Of a stretch of 64,000 nt of DNA, positions 11,627 through 26,429 are shown in pieces (the first letter of the stretch is position 1; each line of letters opens with the position of its first letter). The position numbers and the translations under genes were made by a program. Location: positions 13,888,001 to 13,952,000 of the forward strand of contig NC_043014.1 of NCBI RefSeq assembly GCF_006345805.1, given 5' to 3'. Under the pieces are notes generated by a model, which made no database searches, was not told where the DNA came from, and worked only from the letters and a program-made list of their open reading frames with translations. The DNA comes from Octopus sinensis. Taxonomy: Eukaryota.

Positions 11627-13602
11627 CTCAATGTAGTTGCTCTACCTGCAATTGTCTTAAAAAAAAGGATAGAGTAGATAATAATGTAGTCCTAGATACA
11701 CTATGTCTGGAAAGAAGTAAGAGGCAGGATGGTCATGGCTAATACTCCTTTGGTCATAAGTCACTTCTGAATCAGGGATGCCTGGAGTTAAACAACAACA
11801 AATAGGAAACAGTAATAATGTGGTACTTGAATCAGTCATTTGTATTTCCCATTCTTTAACCACTTCTCATACAAATGTGTGGCCTTGTGCCAATGTAGAA
11901 CAAAAATTAATATTAATTCCAACATCCCCACTGAACTTTAAAATGTACTTAAAGCTTCTTTTAGTAGCTTATAAAATGTTGTTGAGCTGACCTGGTCTGT
12001 TTTGCTTCAGCAGACCTAATAACTACAAGATTTAAATTGTAGACAGATGCCAGAAGGGAACGATATAGCTTAACACACATATATATATATAAGTTGACTA
12101 TGGACTATAAATAAAAATACTTGTTTTAAGAAGAATATATGTTGAAGTAAAAAATAATAAATGAGCTGGCTTGTATTCAAACAGAATGGATGGGGTAGTA
12201 AGAGATGTTGGATAAAACATATGTTAATATAACATTAGGTGAGATATAAGTGATACTTAATATAAATAGATCTAGCAGCATATTGAAATTAATGAACATA
12301 GTTTCTTTTATTTCTTGATCTAAGGAGAAAAACAGAGCTCGTGGCCAATTTTTGATCTAATAAGACAGAGGGATAAAGATAATTAGGTGAGGTTAGTTCA
12401 TTTGATACCGAAGCTTGAGCAGACTAGGTTGAAAATGCAGACAGGAAGGTAGTTTTAAAAGGATGCAGTGGATAGAATCAGTAGAGATGTTGGACAAAGA
12501 TGTGGAGAAGGAGGTAGTTTCATAGTAATGCAGTCAAGCTAACCAGCAAATCAATGGAAAAAAAAAACACTTTAATATCATCATCCTTTAACATTCGTTT
12601 TCCATGCTGACATGGGTTGGATAGTTTGACTAGAGCTGACAAGCTGGAGAGCTGCACCATGTTCCAGTCTGATTTAACTTGACTTCTACAGCTGGATGCC
12701 CTTCCTAATGGCAACCACTTTACAGAGAGTGCTGGGTGTCTTTTATGTGGCACTGGCATGGGCGTTTTTACATGGCATCTGCATGGTAGTTATTACATGA
12801 TGCTGGCACATGTGCTTTTCACATGGTACCAACACAGGGCACTTGCAATCCACTTCAGCAGGGAGAGTGACATTAACACTTCTGCCATGAAGGATGGGTC
12901 TTCTTGAGTACAGCAAAGTGCCAGATATCTTGGTTGAGTTGCTGTAGGAGTTGGCCTTCTTTTCATCCCTTCAGAAGTAGATAAAATAAGTCCCAGTAAG
13001 GTAGTAGGCTTAATTTAATTAACTTGTCTGTCTCACCATGTCTGAAAAGGAAGCTTGTGTGTCTTGCTTGCTAAATTAGTCAAACTTCAAAATTCATTTT
13101 GTGGATTGGCTGGAGATGGCCTATCTCAAGAGGTTTCCCAGTCACAGTCTGCCCATACTCTGAGAATTTGGTGCACACATGTGCTGGCCCCACCACATAA
13201 AAAGTACCTGTCCCAGTGCCTAGTAATAATGTCTGTGCTGGTGCTGTCTAAAAGCATCCATGTTTGTGTAACATAGAAAGCAACTGGCATTCTGTAAAAT
13301 GGTTGGCATTAGGAAGGGCATCCAGCTTTAGAAACCAAGCCAAATCTGACTAGAACCTGGTGCAGTTCTTCTGCTTACCAGCTCTGGTTAAACCATCCAA
13401 CCTATGCCAGCATAGAAAATGGATGTGAAATGATGAGGATGATGTCTGATGCAAATTCCAGCTCTCTGAAAAAGCTGTCATTTGGCAAGTAGTTATCATA
13501 CACAGAGTGTATATACATGTCCTGCCTAGCTTAGACACTGCACTTTGAGTACAGAACACTTATCTGCAGTGCTTATAACCTCAACAATTTATGTCCTATC
13601 AA

Positions 13603-13947
13603 AGTAGCTTGCTTACGAACCACATGGTTCCAGGTTCATTCCCATTGCATGGCACCTTTGGCAAGTGTCTTCTACTATAGCCTCGGGGCAAACCAAAGCC
13701 TTGTGAGTGGATTTGGTAGACGGAAACTGAAAGAAGCCTGTTATATATATGTGTATGTGTGTTTGTGTGTCTGTGTTTGTCTCCCCAACAGCGCTTGACA
13801 ACCGATGCTGGTGTGTCTACGTCCCCATAACTTAGCGGTTCGGCAAAAAGAGACTGATAGAATAAGTCCTGGCGTCGATTTGCTCGACTAAAGGTGGTGC
13901 TCCAGCATGGCCGCAGTCAAATGACTGAAACAAGTAAAAGAGTAAAC
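13603..13947 (+). mobile_element. SINE-A copy
   Basis: High identity to 30306-30720. Confidence 0.9.
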
Positions 13948-14221
13948 AGGTGCAGACATGGCTGCATGGTTAAGAAGCTCATTTTGCAACCACATGGTCT
14001 TGGATTCAGTTGTTCTTCATAGCACCTTGGACAAGTATCGTCTACTATAGTTCCAGACTGACCATTACTTTGTGAGTGAATTTGGTAGATAGAATTTGTG
14101 TGGAAAATAATGTGTGTGTGTGTGTCTGTGTTTGTCCCCTCTACCCCACTTCTTCACAACCAATGCTGGTTTGCTTACATCACTGTAATGAACAGTTCAG
14201 TAAAAGAATCAATAGAATAAA

Positions 14222-14821
14222 GCGGCGAGCTGGCAGAAACGTTAGCGTGCCGGGCGAAATGCTTAGCGGTATTTCGTCTGCCATTACGTTGTGAGTTCAA
14301 ATTCCGCCGAGGTTGACTTTGCCTTTCATCCTTTCGGGGTCGATAAATTAAGTACCAGTTCCGCACTGGGGTTGATGTAATCGACTTAATACCTATGTCT
14401 GTTCTTGTTTGTCCCCTCTATGTTTAGCCCCTTGTGGGTAATAAAGAAATAGGTATTTCGTCTGCCACTACGTTCTGAGTTTTAACTCTGCTGAGGTTGA
14501 CTTTGTCGTTCATCCTTTTGGGGGCGATTAAATAAGTACCAGAGTTATGCAATGGGGTCGATATAATCGACTTAATCCATTTGTCTGTCCTTGTTTGTCC
14601 TCTCTGTGTTTAGCCCCTTGTGGGTAGTAAAGAAATAGGTATTTCGTCTGCCGTTATGTTCTGAGTTCAAATTCCGCTGAGGTCGACTTTGCCTTTCATC
14701 CTTTCAGGGTCGATAAATTAAGTACCAGTTATGCACTGGGGTCAATGTAATCGACTTAATCCGTTTGTCTGTCCTTGTTTGTCCCCTCTATGTTTAGCCC
14801 CTTGTGGGCAATAAAGAAATA
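14222..14821 (+). mobile_element. SINE-B trimer: one tRNA-like head plus 3 x ~184 bp bodies, inserted in a SINE-A
   Basis: Head GGCGAGCTGGCAGAAACGTTAGC; bodies start GGTATTTC at 14268, 14452 and 14638; B-box-like GAGTTCAAATTCC in each body. Confidence 0.9.
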
Positions 14822-16199
14822 AGAATAAGTATCAGACTTATAAAAAAATAAGTACCGGGGGATGATCTGTTTGACTAAAACCCTTCAAGGTAATGTCCCA
14901 GCATGGCCACAGTCTAATGACTGAAACAAGTAAAGAATAAAAGATATAAATTCAAGAGAAGAAAGGAAAAAAAAGCAAAAAGAACAGAATCTGGAGAAAA
15001 AGATCAAGTTGGAGCTTTTAGAAAAGAAAAACACGGAAAAGGCATGATTGCCTTGTATGCATTTAAGCAAATTAAGACTGGTCCTCGGTAGTAAAAAAGA
15101 AAGCATTTTGTACTGAAAATATTCTTAAAAAAGAAGCAAGTGTTCATGTTTCCTCAACATAATTATTGTTATTGTTGTCCATATGTTATATCCTGTATTG
15201 AGCAGACAGATAATCAAATTCAATCCAGACAAGACCATCCTTCTGGTCCCCCCCCCCCCCGTCAGACATGATCTACTCCAGACTAAGTGTACTTTTGTAT
15301 GCAAGTCATTATTAATCAATGAACAAGTATTTACTTATCTCACACTAGTGTGATAAGAGATAAGTTTTGCTCCTCTTCAGTTTTTGTAATCAGAATTTAC
15401 ATGCTTCAGTAAATGATTGATTAGTCGTCACTTTATGGTGAAGTGAAGTTGGCAGCGCCTATTTTTCAGACCAGTAGACTGCAGCAAATAAAATTGCTTT
15501 GTTGTCAAAAGGAGACATCTACATTAGATGCAATAACGTTAGGTGTAACAGTTGTGAAATTAACAAAGATGCACTGTTATTCAGAAGCTTAGATATGTCA
15601 TTGACCTTAAGGCTATCTAGTAAAATTACAAATTGCAGATACGTAATTGAGATTGAATCATTGCTGCCGATACTAGAAAATATGAAAAAATGAACATTAG
15701 TTTTTGTTGTTCTTCAAAATTATATTTCTTCTCAGCATAATATTTTTTCCATTCATCTTGTAGTTTTTATTTACTAATTTTTACTATTTTATTTATTATT
15801 CACAACTCTTTCCAGCCTTCCCAATTTTTCATCTCTCAGCACTTGTTCTTTGTTCATTATATTCACCTTCTCACCAACTCGCTGATTCTAACCATCTCTC
15901 ATTCTCCCCTTACATTCTTGCAACCTCTGCCCATCCACACACCCTGTTCTCCTGTGCCCACCCATTTCTTACCCACCTTGAACTTTGAAGATTCACCTTG
16001 ACATCTCATCACTGCTATTTTTATCTCTTTCGAGTTTCCACCCTGGTCACTCTCTCTCTTCTAAATTGTGAGTAGCTCCTCTACAGGAAGACACCCGTTC
16101 CATTCTTGCCCTTTCTCTCATACTTTAACCTCTCATAAAGCTACTTCCTTCTCTACTGTAGCTCCACTCAGTTGAAGAGAATCTTAGTCTGGCATGCTT

Positions 16200-16600
16200 C
16201 ATGGTGACCTCACTGGTGTTTGTGCTCAGAAAAATGCACCCAGTATGTGCTGTAACATGACTGACATGAGGTAAAGCATCCCAAAAGACCTGCTTTATAA
16301 TGAACTGGCCTCTGGCAAGAGAACACAGACATAGTTTCAAAACTTTGTTTCAAAGATGTCTGCAAGAGAAATACAGAGTCTCTTTACATGAACATTGAGA
16401 GGCGGAAAGACATTGCTGGTGATCACACCAACTGGAGTCAGGGAAAGGCTGAAGCCTAGCGATGAACAAAGCAAAACTGACAAAAAAGCAGCATTGGGAC
16501 AAAACTGGCAGAGAGTGCCTTCAACTGCAGTCATAGCAGCCAGGGCTGTTACTCACAGATGGGTCTCTACAGTCACAGCAGATGCTGCTCTGCCAATAAA
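16200..16600 (+). mobile_element. Decayed RTE (BovB-like) LINE 3' end
   Basis: Frameshifted IPKDLLYNELASGKR... and terminal CYSQMGLYSHSRCC zinc-knuckle-like motif typical of RTE C-termini. Confidence 0.75.
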
Positions 16601-17224
16601 ATGAAAGAAAAACTTCCCAGATAGCAGATCCATGGTCTTTTGAGACTAATGGATGCTGTTGCTGCTCACTCACTATCTATCTATCTATCTATCTATCTAT
16701 CTGTCTGTCTTGTCTGTCAATCTATCTAAGCATGCATATATATAATAATTGTTTCAAATTTTGGCAAACAGTCAGTTTTTGAAGGAGAGGGGGTTTAGTC
16801 AATAAGATCAAGCCCAGTGCCTCCCTGATACATTATTTTATAGAGCCTGAAAAGATGAAAGGCCAAATTGACCTCAGCATGATTTGAACCCTGAACATAA
16901 AGAGCCAGAAGAAATGCCACACCACTAACAATTCTGAAGGTACAAGGTCAGCAATTCTGAGAGGCAGGGGTTAGTCAATATCACCAAATCCAGTATTTAA
17001 CAGGTACTTTATTTTATCAACCCTGGAAGAATAAAAATCAAAGTTAACCTCAATGGGATTTGAACTCAGATGAAAAGGAGCTGAAACAAATACCACAGGG
17101 TATTTTTGCCATGCTGCTGCCCTCATATAACCACCACCTTAATAATTTATAATTTAGGTTCAAGATGAGAAATTCATCTGGTAGGAGAAAGGATAGGTAT
17201 TAGGCATGGTTGTGTGGTAAGAGG

Positions 17225-17456
17225 GTGGCGAGCTGGCAGAAACGTTAGCACGCCGAGCGAAATGCTTAGTGGTATTTTGTCTGCTGTTATGTTCTGAGTT
17301 CAAATTCTGCTGAGGTCAACTTTGCCTTTCATCCTTTCGGGGTCGATAAATTAAGTACCAGTTATGCACTGGAGTCGATGTAATCGACTTAATCTTTTTG
17401 TCTGTCCTTGTTTGTTCCCTCTATGTTCAGCCCCTTGTGGGCAATAAAGAAATAAG
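17225..17456 (+). mobile_element. SINE-B monomer inserted in the head of a SINE-A
   Basis: Full head plus one body ending AATAAAGAAATA; SINE-A sequence continues on both sides. Confidence 0.9.
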
Positions 17457-18589
17457 TTTGCTTTCCAACTACATGGCTCCAGGTTCAGTCTCACTGTGTG
17501 ACACCTTGGACAAATGTCTTCTACTTACAAAGCCTTATAAGAGGATTTGGTAGATAGAAACTGAAAAGAAGCCCATTGTATATAAATGTGCGTGTATGTG
17601 TGTGTGTTCATGTGCATGTTTGTCCCCCACCACCACTTGACAACTGGTGTTGGTGTGTTTATGTCCCCATAGCTTAGTGGTTCAGCCTGAGAGACTGATA
17701 GAACAAGTAGCTTGAGAATTTGGACTAAAATTCTTCAATGCAGTGCCCCAGCATGGCAACAGTCTAATAACTAAAATGAGTAAATAATTAAAAATAACTC
17801 CAGAAGGATGAAAGGCAATGTTAGCCTAGGCAGGATTTGAACTCAGAATAAAAGTAGTCAGAAAGAAATGCTTTTTTGCCTGATCTAAAAATTTCCCAGC
17901 TTATTTACATGCTGAGTTCACATCTAACCAAGAGCAACTTTGCTTTTCATTCCTTCTGGGGACAACGATAAGAATAACTGTTTCTAATTTAGCCACAAGG
18001 CCAGCAATCTGTGGGGAGGAGAAGTTAGTTGATACTATGGACTCCAGTCCTTCACTGTGAATTTATTTTATCAACCCTAACAGAATGAAGAAAAGTTAAG
18101 TTCAGCAGGATTTGAACTCAGAATGTGAAATGTCAGACAAAAAAAAAAAATACTATATTTATAAGTTAGAATATTCATTTCTCAATCTATTTTCTGTGTG
18201 TATAAGTTTTTTACATATGAATGTATCTTTATATATGAGAAGTAGCATATATTTAAGTGTTGCAAACTCTATTATTAAGTTGTGAAAGCAAAATACATCA
18301 GGATGTTTATGATTTGCATCTTGAGAAATATATAGTTATTTACATATCATCATCAACATCGTCATTCAATGTCCATTGTCCATGCTGGCATGGGTTGGAT
18401 GGTTTGACCAGGGCTGACAAGCTGGAAGGCTGCACCAGATTCCAGTTTGTTTTGGCATGGTTTCTATGGCTGGATGCTCTTCCTAATGCTAACCACTCTG
18501 AGAGTGTAATGGTTGCTTTTACATGCCACTAGCACAGGTGCCATTTGCATGACATTCGTATCTGCCACGACTGTGATTTTACTTGCCGA

Positions 18590-19940
18590 AGGTCTTGGTC
18601 ATTGCTTCCATGAGGCCCAACACTCAAAAGGAACTCAGCCACTTTTCCTGGGTCTACTTCTACCACAGGTTCCCTCCACAGTTAGGGATTGGCACTTCTT
18701 TAGACAAATGTCCTCATCCATACACATCACATGATCATACCTGCATATTCGTCTTTCTTGCACACCACATCTGATGTCTCTTATGCCTAACTTTACTCTC
18801 AAGATGCTTTAACTCTGTCGAACATGCACACTAACAATGCACATCCAGCGAAGCATACTGGTTTCATTTCTTTCAAGCCTATACATGTTCTTGGCTGTCA
18901 CAGCCCATATTTCACTGCCATGTAGCATAGCTGTTTGCACACAGGCATCATACAATTGGCCTTTCACTCTGAAAGAGAGGCCTTTTGTTGCCAGGAAAAG
19001 TAGGAGCTCTCTAAACTTTGCCCAGCCTAATCTTATGCTGACAGCTATCCTCTCAGAGCATCCACCTCCGCTACTAACTTGATCACCTAGGTAACAGAAG
19101 CTATCTATTACCACTAGCTTACCCCCATGCCAGTTGATGGAGTCTATGGAGTTACTACCAATACATTTTCTACAGATGAAGCAGGGCCATTTACCTGAAG
19201 GGACTTGTGACTTATCTGCCTTCCTACTTACTAAGACTGGTTTTTGCAAAGTTAACTCTAAAGCCCTTTGATTCTAAACCTTGTTTCCATACCTGGAACT
19301 TCTCTAGTTCTAGTAGTGATTCAGCTATAAGAACAAGGTCATCAACGTAAAGGAGCTCCCAGGGGCAGCCTGTCTTGAATTCCTCTGTTATTGCCTGGAG
19401 GCTATGATGAACAAAAAGGAGCTTGGGACCGATCCTTAGTGAACCCCTACTTGTACTCTGAATTCTTCACTGTACTTGTTGCCAACCCTCACCTTACTGG
19501 TAGCATCTCTGTACATGGTTTGTACAGCTCTCGTCTATCCCTAGTTTCCACATTGACCACCAGGCAAGGGATTGGGGGACCCTGTCAAAGGCTTTCTCCA
19601 AGTGAACAAAGGCCAAGTACAGAGGTTTATCTTTGGCTATGTATTTCTCCTACAGCTGTCTTACAAGAAATATAGCATCAGTGGTGCTTCTCCCTGGCAC
19701 AAAACCAAACTGTATCTCATCTACACTAATTCTCTCCCTAATTAGTTGGGCTATGACTCTCTTGGTAACTTTCATGACATGATCCAAGAATCTGATACCT
19801 CTGTAATTATTTGTATCTAAGGCATCACCTTTACCCTTGTAACAGTTGACTATAGTGCTACTACACCAGTCACTGTGTATGACTCCTTCATGAACCACCC
19901 GATTTACAATACGGGTAACTAGACCATAACCTACACCACC
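18590..19940 (-). pseudogene. RTE/RTE-X LINE reverse transcriptase fragment with stops, frameshifts and an internal deletion
   Basis: YKGKGDALDTNNYRGI, QFGFVPGRSTTDAIFLVRQL, SGKWPCFICRK, FCYLGD, AMLHGSEIW motifs in ORFs 19650-19898 and 18809-19249. Confidence 0.92.
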
Positions 19941-22900
19941 AGATATTCTGTATGTATATCATCATATATATTGAATCACACACAGTCATGTTATATATAT
20001 ATATATTCTTTTACTTGTTTCAGTCATCTGACTGTGGCCATGCTGGGGCACTGACTTGAGAGTTTTAGTTGAAGAAATCAACCCCAGGACTTATTCCTTT
20101 TAAGCCTGGTACTTTTTCTCTTGGGCTCTTTTGCTGAACTGATTGGTTAGAGGGATGTAAACACATCAACACTGGTTGTCAAGCAATGGTGGTGGGGGAC
20201 AAACAGAGACACAAAGACACTCACATAAGAATATATATATATATATGTATGTATGTGTGTGTGTGTGTGTGCATGTGTGTGTGTGTGTGCATATGTGTGT
20301 GTGTGTGCATATGTGTGTGTGATGGGCTTCTTTCAGTTTCAGTCTACCAAATCCACTCACAAGGTATTGTTCAGCCCGAGGTCATAGTAGAAGACACATG
20401 TTCAAGATGCAACACAGGGGGACTGAACCTGGAACCATGCGGTTGGGAAATATAAATCTCTCTTTTACTTGTTTCAGTCATTTGACTGCCCATGCTGGAA
20501 CACCACCTTTAGTCGAGTAAATTGACCCCAGGATTTATTCGTTGTAAGCCTAGTACTTATTCTATTGGCCAAACTGCTAAGTTACTGGGACATAAACATA
20601 CCACCATACAAGCAATGTTGGGGGGACAAACACAGACACACAAACATACACACACACACACACACACATATGTACATATATGCAACAGGCTTCTTTCAGT
20701 TTCCATCTACCAAATCCACTCACAAGGCTATAATATGGCCCAAGGCTATAATAGAAGACATTTGCCCATGGTGCCACGCAGTGGGACTGAACCCAGAACC
20801 ATGTGGTCTGTAAGGAAGCTACTTACCACACAGCCACTCCTACGCCTATATACATACAAATATAATTTTATAAAAAGAGAATAAAATATTTTCAAAATTA
20901 TATGTGTATGTGCTATACATGTGTATGTGTGTGTGCATAGAGGCACACACACACATACACCATCAATGAAGATATTTTTCATTTTTATATTTTCTTACTG
21001 CATTTTCTCTGATGGTAGAATACTTAGATTACGTGGAATTCTTCACTCAAATAATATGATCCACATGCTTGGCCATTCTAGAAACAGTTGTAAGAGACTT
21101 TGCCTATTCATCATAATTCCTCTGCACTATGTTTATATTCTATATTTAAATTAAATGTTTCTGGAGTGATGCCAAATATTTTGTTTATTCATTTTCTCTT
21201 TTAATATGTAAATGCATATGTAGATCTAATTTTGAAAAAAAATCTGTAAATTTTCTTTTATTTTTTAACTGGTTTCAGCCAGTGGGCTATGGCCATAATT
21301 GTATTTTTTTATTTTTGTTTTGTCAAGAAAAGAAACTTTATATCAAACATTGAGAACAATGGAAAAAAAAAATTCAATTTTTTAAGGAAAAATACAAATG
21401 CAGATTGAGCCAGCTGTCATGAATAAATGACCTAAATTTAAAGTGAATTTAAAATAAACAAGATATCTAGGTTAACATGAAGCAATCTTTGAATGCTAAG
21501 GTTGAAATTTCACTTTGTCACTGCACAAAATAATATAGGTGTGGTAATAGGAGTAAATGTTGGAACCAGTGCAGTGTCAGGAAGAAAATGTTTTATGGTA
21601 TTTGGTTACATCTCTTTACATTCTGTGTTCAAATCCTGCCTAGATTGACTTTGTTTTTCATACGTACAGAGGTCAGTGAAATAAAATAAACAAGTGGGGA
21701 TTAATATAAAGTTTACAAAAAAAATAATAATGAGCTTACTGTATGCAGTGCTCAGGTGCGCTACAATTAATCAGAAAAAGGGACCAAAACTGTATGAACA
21801 ATACATAGAATAAGGCACAGGAAGTGAACAGTGAATAAGCCTTAAAAAAAAAGGAAGAAAGAAGGAAAGAAAGAAACGGGGGTGGGGAGCATTGGGTGTA
21901 CTGTCGGCGAATTTCAGGAAGCATGGAAGTTTTGAATTAAATGTCTTCATAGCTAACAACTGATGCAGGTAGTTTATTCTATGCACTAGCAATTTTTGAG
22001 CATGAAAAAATATCTCTGAAAGTCACAGATGCAGTGTTGTTTTTTGATTTTGTAAGTATGCCCCCAAGTGTAAAACATATGGAATTCAAGAAGGTGCCCA
22101 CGGTTGTTGTTAGACAGATGGTGGTTTCTAGTTACAGCTAAGTAGTCTGAACAATTGAGAGCCAAGTGTCTTTTGTTAATCTTGATGAGAAATATTGCAC
22201 TCTAAGCAACAAGATGCACACCACCAGCTATTTCGCTGACAGGCCACAAACATCTCACCAAGCCAGCTAGCTCCAACTCTTCTAGATGCCAATAAAGAAA
22301 CAAGGAAAGTAATTGACATATTTACCAATATCAGAACAGCAGGACTTCACAGATATTGAAAACAAATCACAATGGCGTGACTGTTTTCATTTCATTGTTA
22401 GTTTTACATAAGCTGAAGAAGGAACTAAATAAATGTTAATAATACGCAGGCTTTGAAGAGATGTTTCCTCTTTACCTATATATTATCCAAGTGTTCAATG
22501 TCAGATCATGCTGAACCATTAGTTTATACAGGTTACCACTTCCTGAGATGATTCTAATCAGTGAAGTGGAGGCATGCCTGTCAGTTTTGTTTTCTTGACC
22601 TGACTTTGCACTTTAGTTTGGTTACTGAGCTAAGTAAACACTGGATGTTTCCTGCTGATTTCATATTCCTGATATTAATCAGATTTCCTTGAAAGGAGGC
22701 GAAAGGTGGCTACAGCAATGACAGACAACTTCTGGTTCTTTTATGTTCCCCAGTTCAAATCTTGCCTAGCTACTACCACTACCATCACCATCACCACTAC
22801 TTTGTTGTGGTTTAACCCCAGGTCAGCCCTGCTTCAGCAGAACTATGATCAAAGGTACTCCAACCATGACAATCCCACTTTTTATTCAAGCATGCTCTTT

Positions 22901-25562
22901 TATGTTCTGAATTCAAATCCAACCAAGCTGCTGCTGCTGCTGCTGTTGTTGTTGTTAAGCAACAAGACAGGTAAGGGTGCTTAGGTGATGGTCTAGGGTT
23001 TAGGGGTGGGAGACCCCAAACCTTGGAAAGAAAAAAAACTTTGGTCGGCTTGTTGTAGTCGAGGGCTCTTCGTTGACGCCCAACACCACTGGGAGGTGGC
23101 CCTCGAAGTCACTGGAAATGGAGATCTCCAGGTCCAAATTCTTGAATGGCTGCTGCTGCTGCTGCTACTACTACTACTACTACTACTATGTCATTGCTTA
23201 ATCCCAGTACTCCAGCCATGACAACTCCACTTTTATTCAGACATAATCTATCTAAAGATTACATTAGCCAACATGTCCTTTCCTTTTTTTTTTTTTTTGT
23301 AATAAACACCAAATATAGTTTGAAGGATATTTGGTAGTTATTTCTAGCAGGATCAATGACTGTATAGATATTCCTTCGTTTTAGTAACAGTGATTACCAT
23401 CATCATCATCATCATTATCATTGTTATTATTATTATTACTATTGTGATGATGAATCAATTATATTATATGGTACATGACTGCTAGTATCCACACAACAGG
23501 CTGCAGCTTTCACTGTCTTAATACTCTGACTAAAGCCTCTCATTCTAATGGGTCGTGTGTTGTTGTCTAACCACTCAATTTTACATGACAGACAAACTAT
23601 TGATAGTAAAACCTAAAGTGAGCCGTCAGAGCTTAATCAATTGTTAATGCTATATTGCAGTGTGCACTGACAGTAGACTCTTTAACCCACATTCTAGACA
23701 GTAACTTCTATATATTAATAACATGCTCAAAGATACTTCTGCTACACAAGGACATACACAATAGCAACAAGACATACAATCGCTAGACAGAAAAAAAAAA
23801 AGAAAAGAGCTTTGCAACAGGAGACAAGGATGCTTGTATGCCTGAGGTGGAGAAATTTCGCTTGTATAGGTGTAAGCATGGCTGTGTGGACAAGAAGCTT
23901 GCTTCTCGACCGTGTGGTCTTGGGTTCAATCCCACTGTGTGACACCTTGGGTAAATGTTTTCTATTATAGCCCCAGGCTGGGGAAAGGCTTCTGAGTGAA
24001 TTTCATAGTGGGAAAATGAAAGGTAGGTAGAGGTGTGTGTGTGTGTATGTGTGTGTGTGTATGTGTGTGTGTGTATGTGTATGTGTGTGTGTATGTGTGT
24101 GTGTGTGTGTAAAATTAAATCTGATTATGTGAGCCCATCTGCAATTTCTTTGTGACTCAGGGAAAATTTGCAAATAACAAGTGTGTCTTACATCACACTA
24201 TAGCTCATATATTTAGAACATTTTAGACAGCGTCATATAATAAACAAAAATTTTAAGCTAGCCATCTCATTGGCAAAGTCTCCAGTAACTAGCTCACAAG
24301 AGCATTGTTTCTTCATCCTGGCCCATCTACAGCAATTTCTGCTCTTCTAAATTAGCTGAGTACTTCTTTTTCTAATCCCACCTAATACACCCCAGCTTTT
24401 CTACCCACTTTTCTTTGTTTATCATATTTGATGATATAAAAGAAGGATTTACTTTCCAAAAACAAGTCTCCATAAAATTACCCTGGGTTCTATGTGTTAA
24501 GATGGGCTTCCCATAAGCTTGAATGCACTTCAAACATTTTTCATAAATATTCACTGCTGAAACATCAAATATGGATAGTTGATTCATCAAAAAAAAAAAA
24601 AAAGAGGGCTTAGTATGTGCTCATAATGAAAATGTGTAAATTCTTAAGCACATGGGAGCTCAGATTACAAATCATACCTAAACTCTTTTCTTACAACATG
24701 CCTTCTTATACTGAGGGTATTTTGTCAGGGCAGCCATTTTATTATGAGAATGATTGTACACTTGGTACAACTTTGTAATCTTTGATAAAACAATACACAA
24801 AAGATTTGACAGTTAATTTCACTTAAGTGACTTACTGTTGAATAGAATACTTTCTTCTCAAGTACAAATAATGTTTAGCAATGTTCCTTTCCCAACAGAA
24901 TAAGCTGTTAGGCTTTCAATAAATCATTTCTAAACTAGTTGTCCTTTACTTCAACTATAGCGGCAGCATAGTTCCTTTTCTGCTTTAATCATATGTCTAC
25001 AGAGAAAATACAATTCTTCTAGTTCCTGTATATTGTATTAAAAACAAATAGTTTCTTGCAAGTACATCCACTATTTAATGTTAGCAAATTGTTCCATGAT
25101 TTTCCATGAGTCACAAAAGAAATTGTAAATGGGCCCCGCACAATCAGATCTAATTCCACATATACACACTTCCACACACACACACACACATTTTTTTTTC
25201 CAGACGAAAATACTTCTTCCGTTTGGGGCATTATTTCCTAGGTTTCCATGGTTTATTTTTTTTTTATCACACTTTATTTAAGGGATTCCTTTTATTTCCA
25301 TATATGTATGTATAAAAATCATTGGAAGGATTAATTTACTAGACTGAGTCCAATAAATGTCATCAAATAAATGGAACAGGTTAAGGTGATAACACGGATT
25401 ATTTATTTAATTTAACCAGGCAGCACTTTCTGTCGCAAAAGACCATATTTCAGGTATGCAATTGAAAAATATGTATTTCAACAAAAGTAATACACATTAT
25501 TATATTAAGTCATCTGGAACTCATCAGTGGATAATAATTAAATATTTTTATATTTAAAGTTA

Positions 25563-26102
25563 GTACTGTGAAATGGGGTTAGTTTGAACACCAGGGTAAC
25601 TTTGAGCAAAATATAATATTTTGTTTTCTCTTTATATCACAGGTCAAGGTTGCACAGTAATGCAATTTAAAAACAATTTTCCTTTAGCTGAATGGACTAA
25701 TTCATTTTTAAAGTGAAACAAATCCAAATTAGTATCACACCTGTACCAAAATATCAAAAGATCCAGAGCATGTTTAAGTGCTACAGAAGTATCCTTGTAT
25801 GTCCAGCACTTAAAAGCGACTCTTACAGTTGATGGAAAACTTATCCCTCCAAATAACATATTCAACTTTTGAACAAAAATAAAAAAAAAACATCACTGCT
25901 CGAAGTAACCCCAAATCAGGGGTTACTTTGAACAGTGACAATTATATAAAAAAGGTAATCAAATACTGACTGCAACTTATTTTTATTTCAGATATCAGTT
26001 TACCTATTTAGTGCCCCTAACATAGTCAAATTTAGTTAAGATTGAAAAAGAAGTTATGAAATTATTGCAATAAGAAGTCAAAGTAACCCCATCTCATGGT
26101 AC
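25563..26102. mobile_element. Non-autonomous DNA transposon (Tc1/pogo-like) with ~25 bp TIRs
   Basis: GTACTGTGAAATGGGGTTAGTTTGA versus reverse complement of TCAAAGTAACCCCATCTCATGGTAC; internal TIR-like repeats near 25903-25935. Confidence 0.75.
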
Positions 26103-26140
<38 letters not shown>

Positions 26141-26378
26141 TGCACCATTCAAGTGTGATCGTTACCAGTACCGCCTGACTGGCCCCCGTGCCAGTGGCAC
26201 GTAAAGGCACCCACTACATTCTCAGAGTGGTTGGCATTAGGAAGGCCATCCAGCTGTAGAAACTCTGCCAGATCAAGACTGGAACCTGGTGCAGCCATCT
26301 GGTTTGCCAGCCTTCAGTCAAATTATCCAACCCATGCTAGCATGGAAAGCGAATGTTAAACAATGATGATGATGATGA

Positions 26379-26429
<51 letters not shown>

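Noticed and set aside
14268-14451. Hammerhead or HDV-like ribozyme in the SINE-B body
   Set aside because: Neither strand has a CUGANGA core. GGTATTT can pair with AAGTACC as a P1-like helix, but P3, L3 and P1.1 do not follow in HDV order.
15480-15700. SGNH-like IGSND motif in a minus-strand open frame
   Set aside because: Only ~65 codons with no start, and the other catalytic blocks are absent; consistent with chance.
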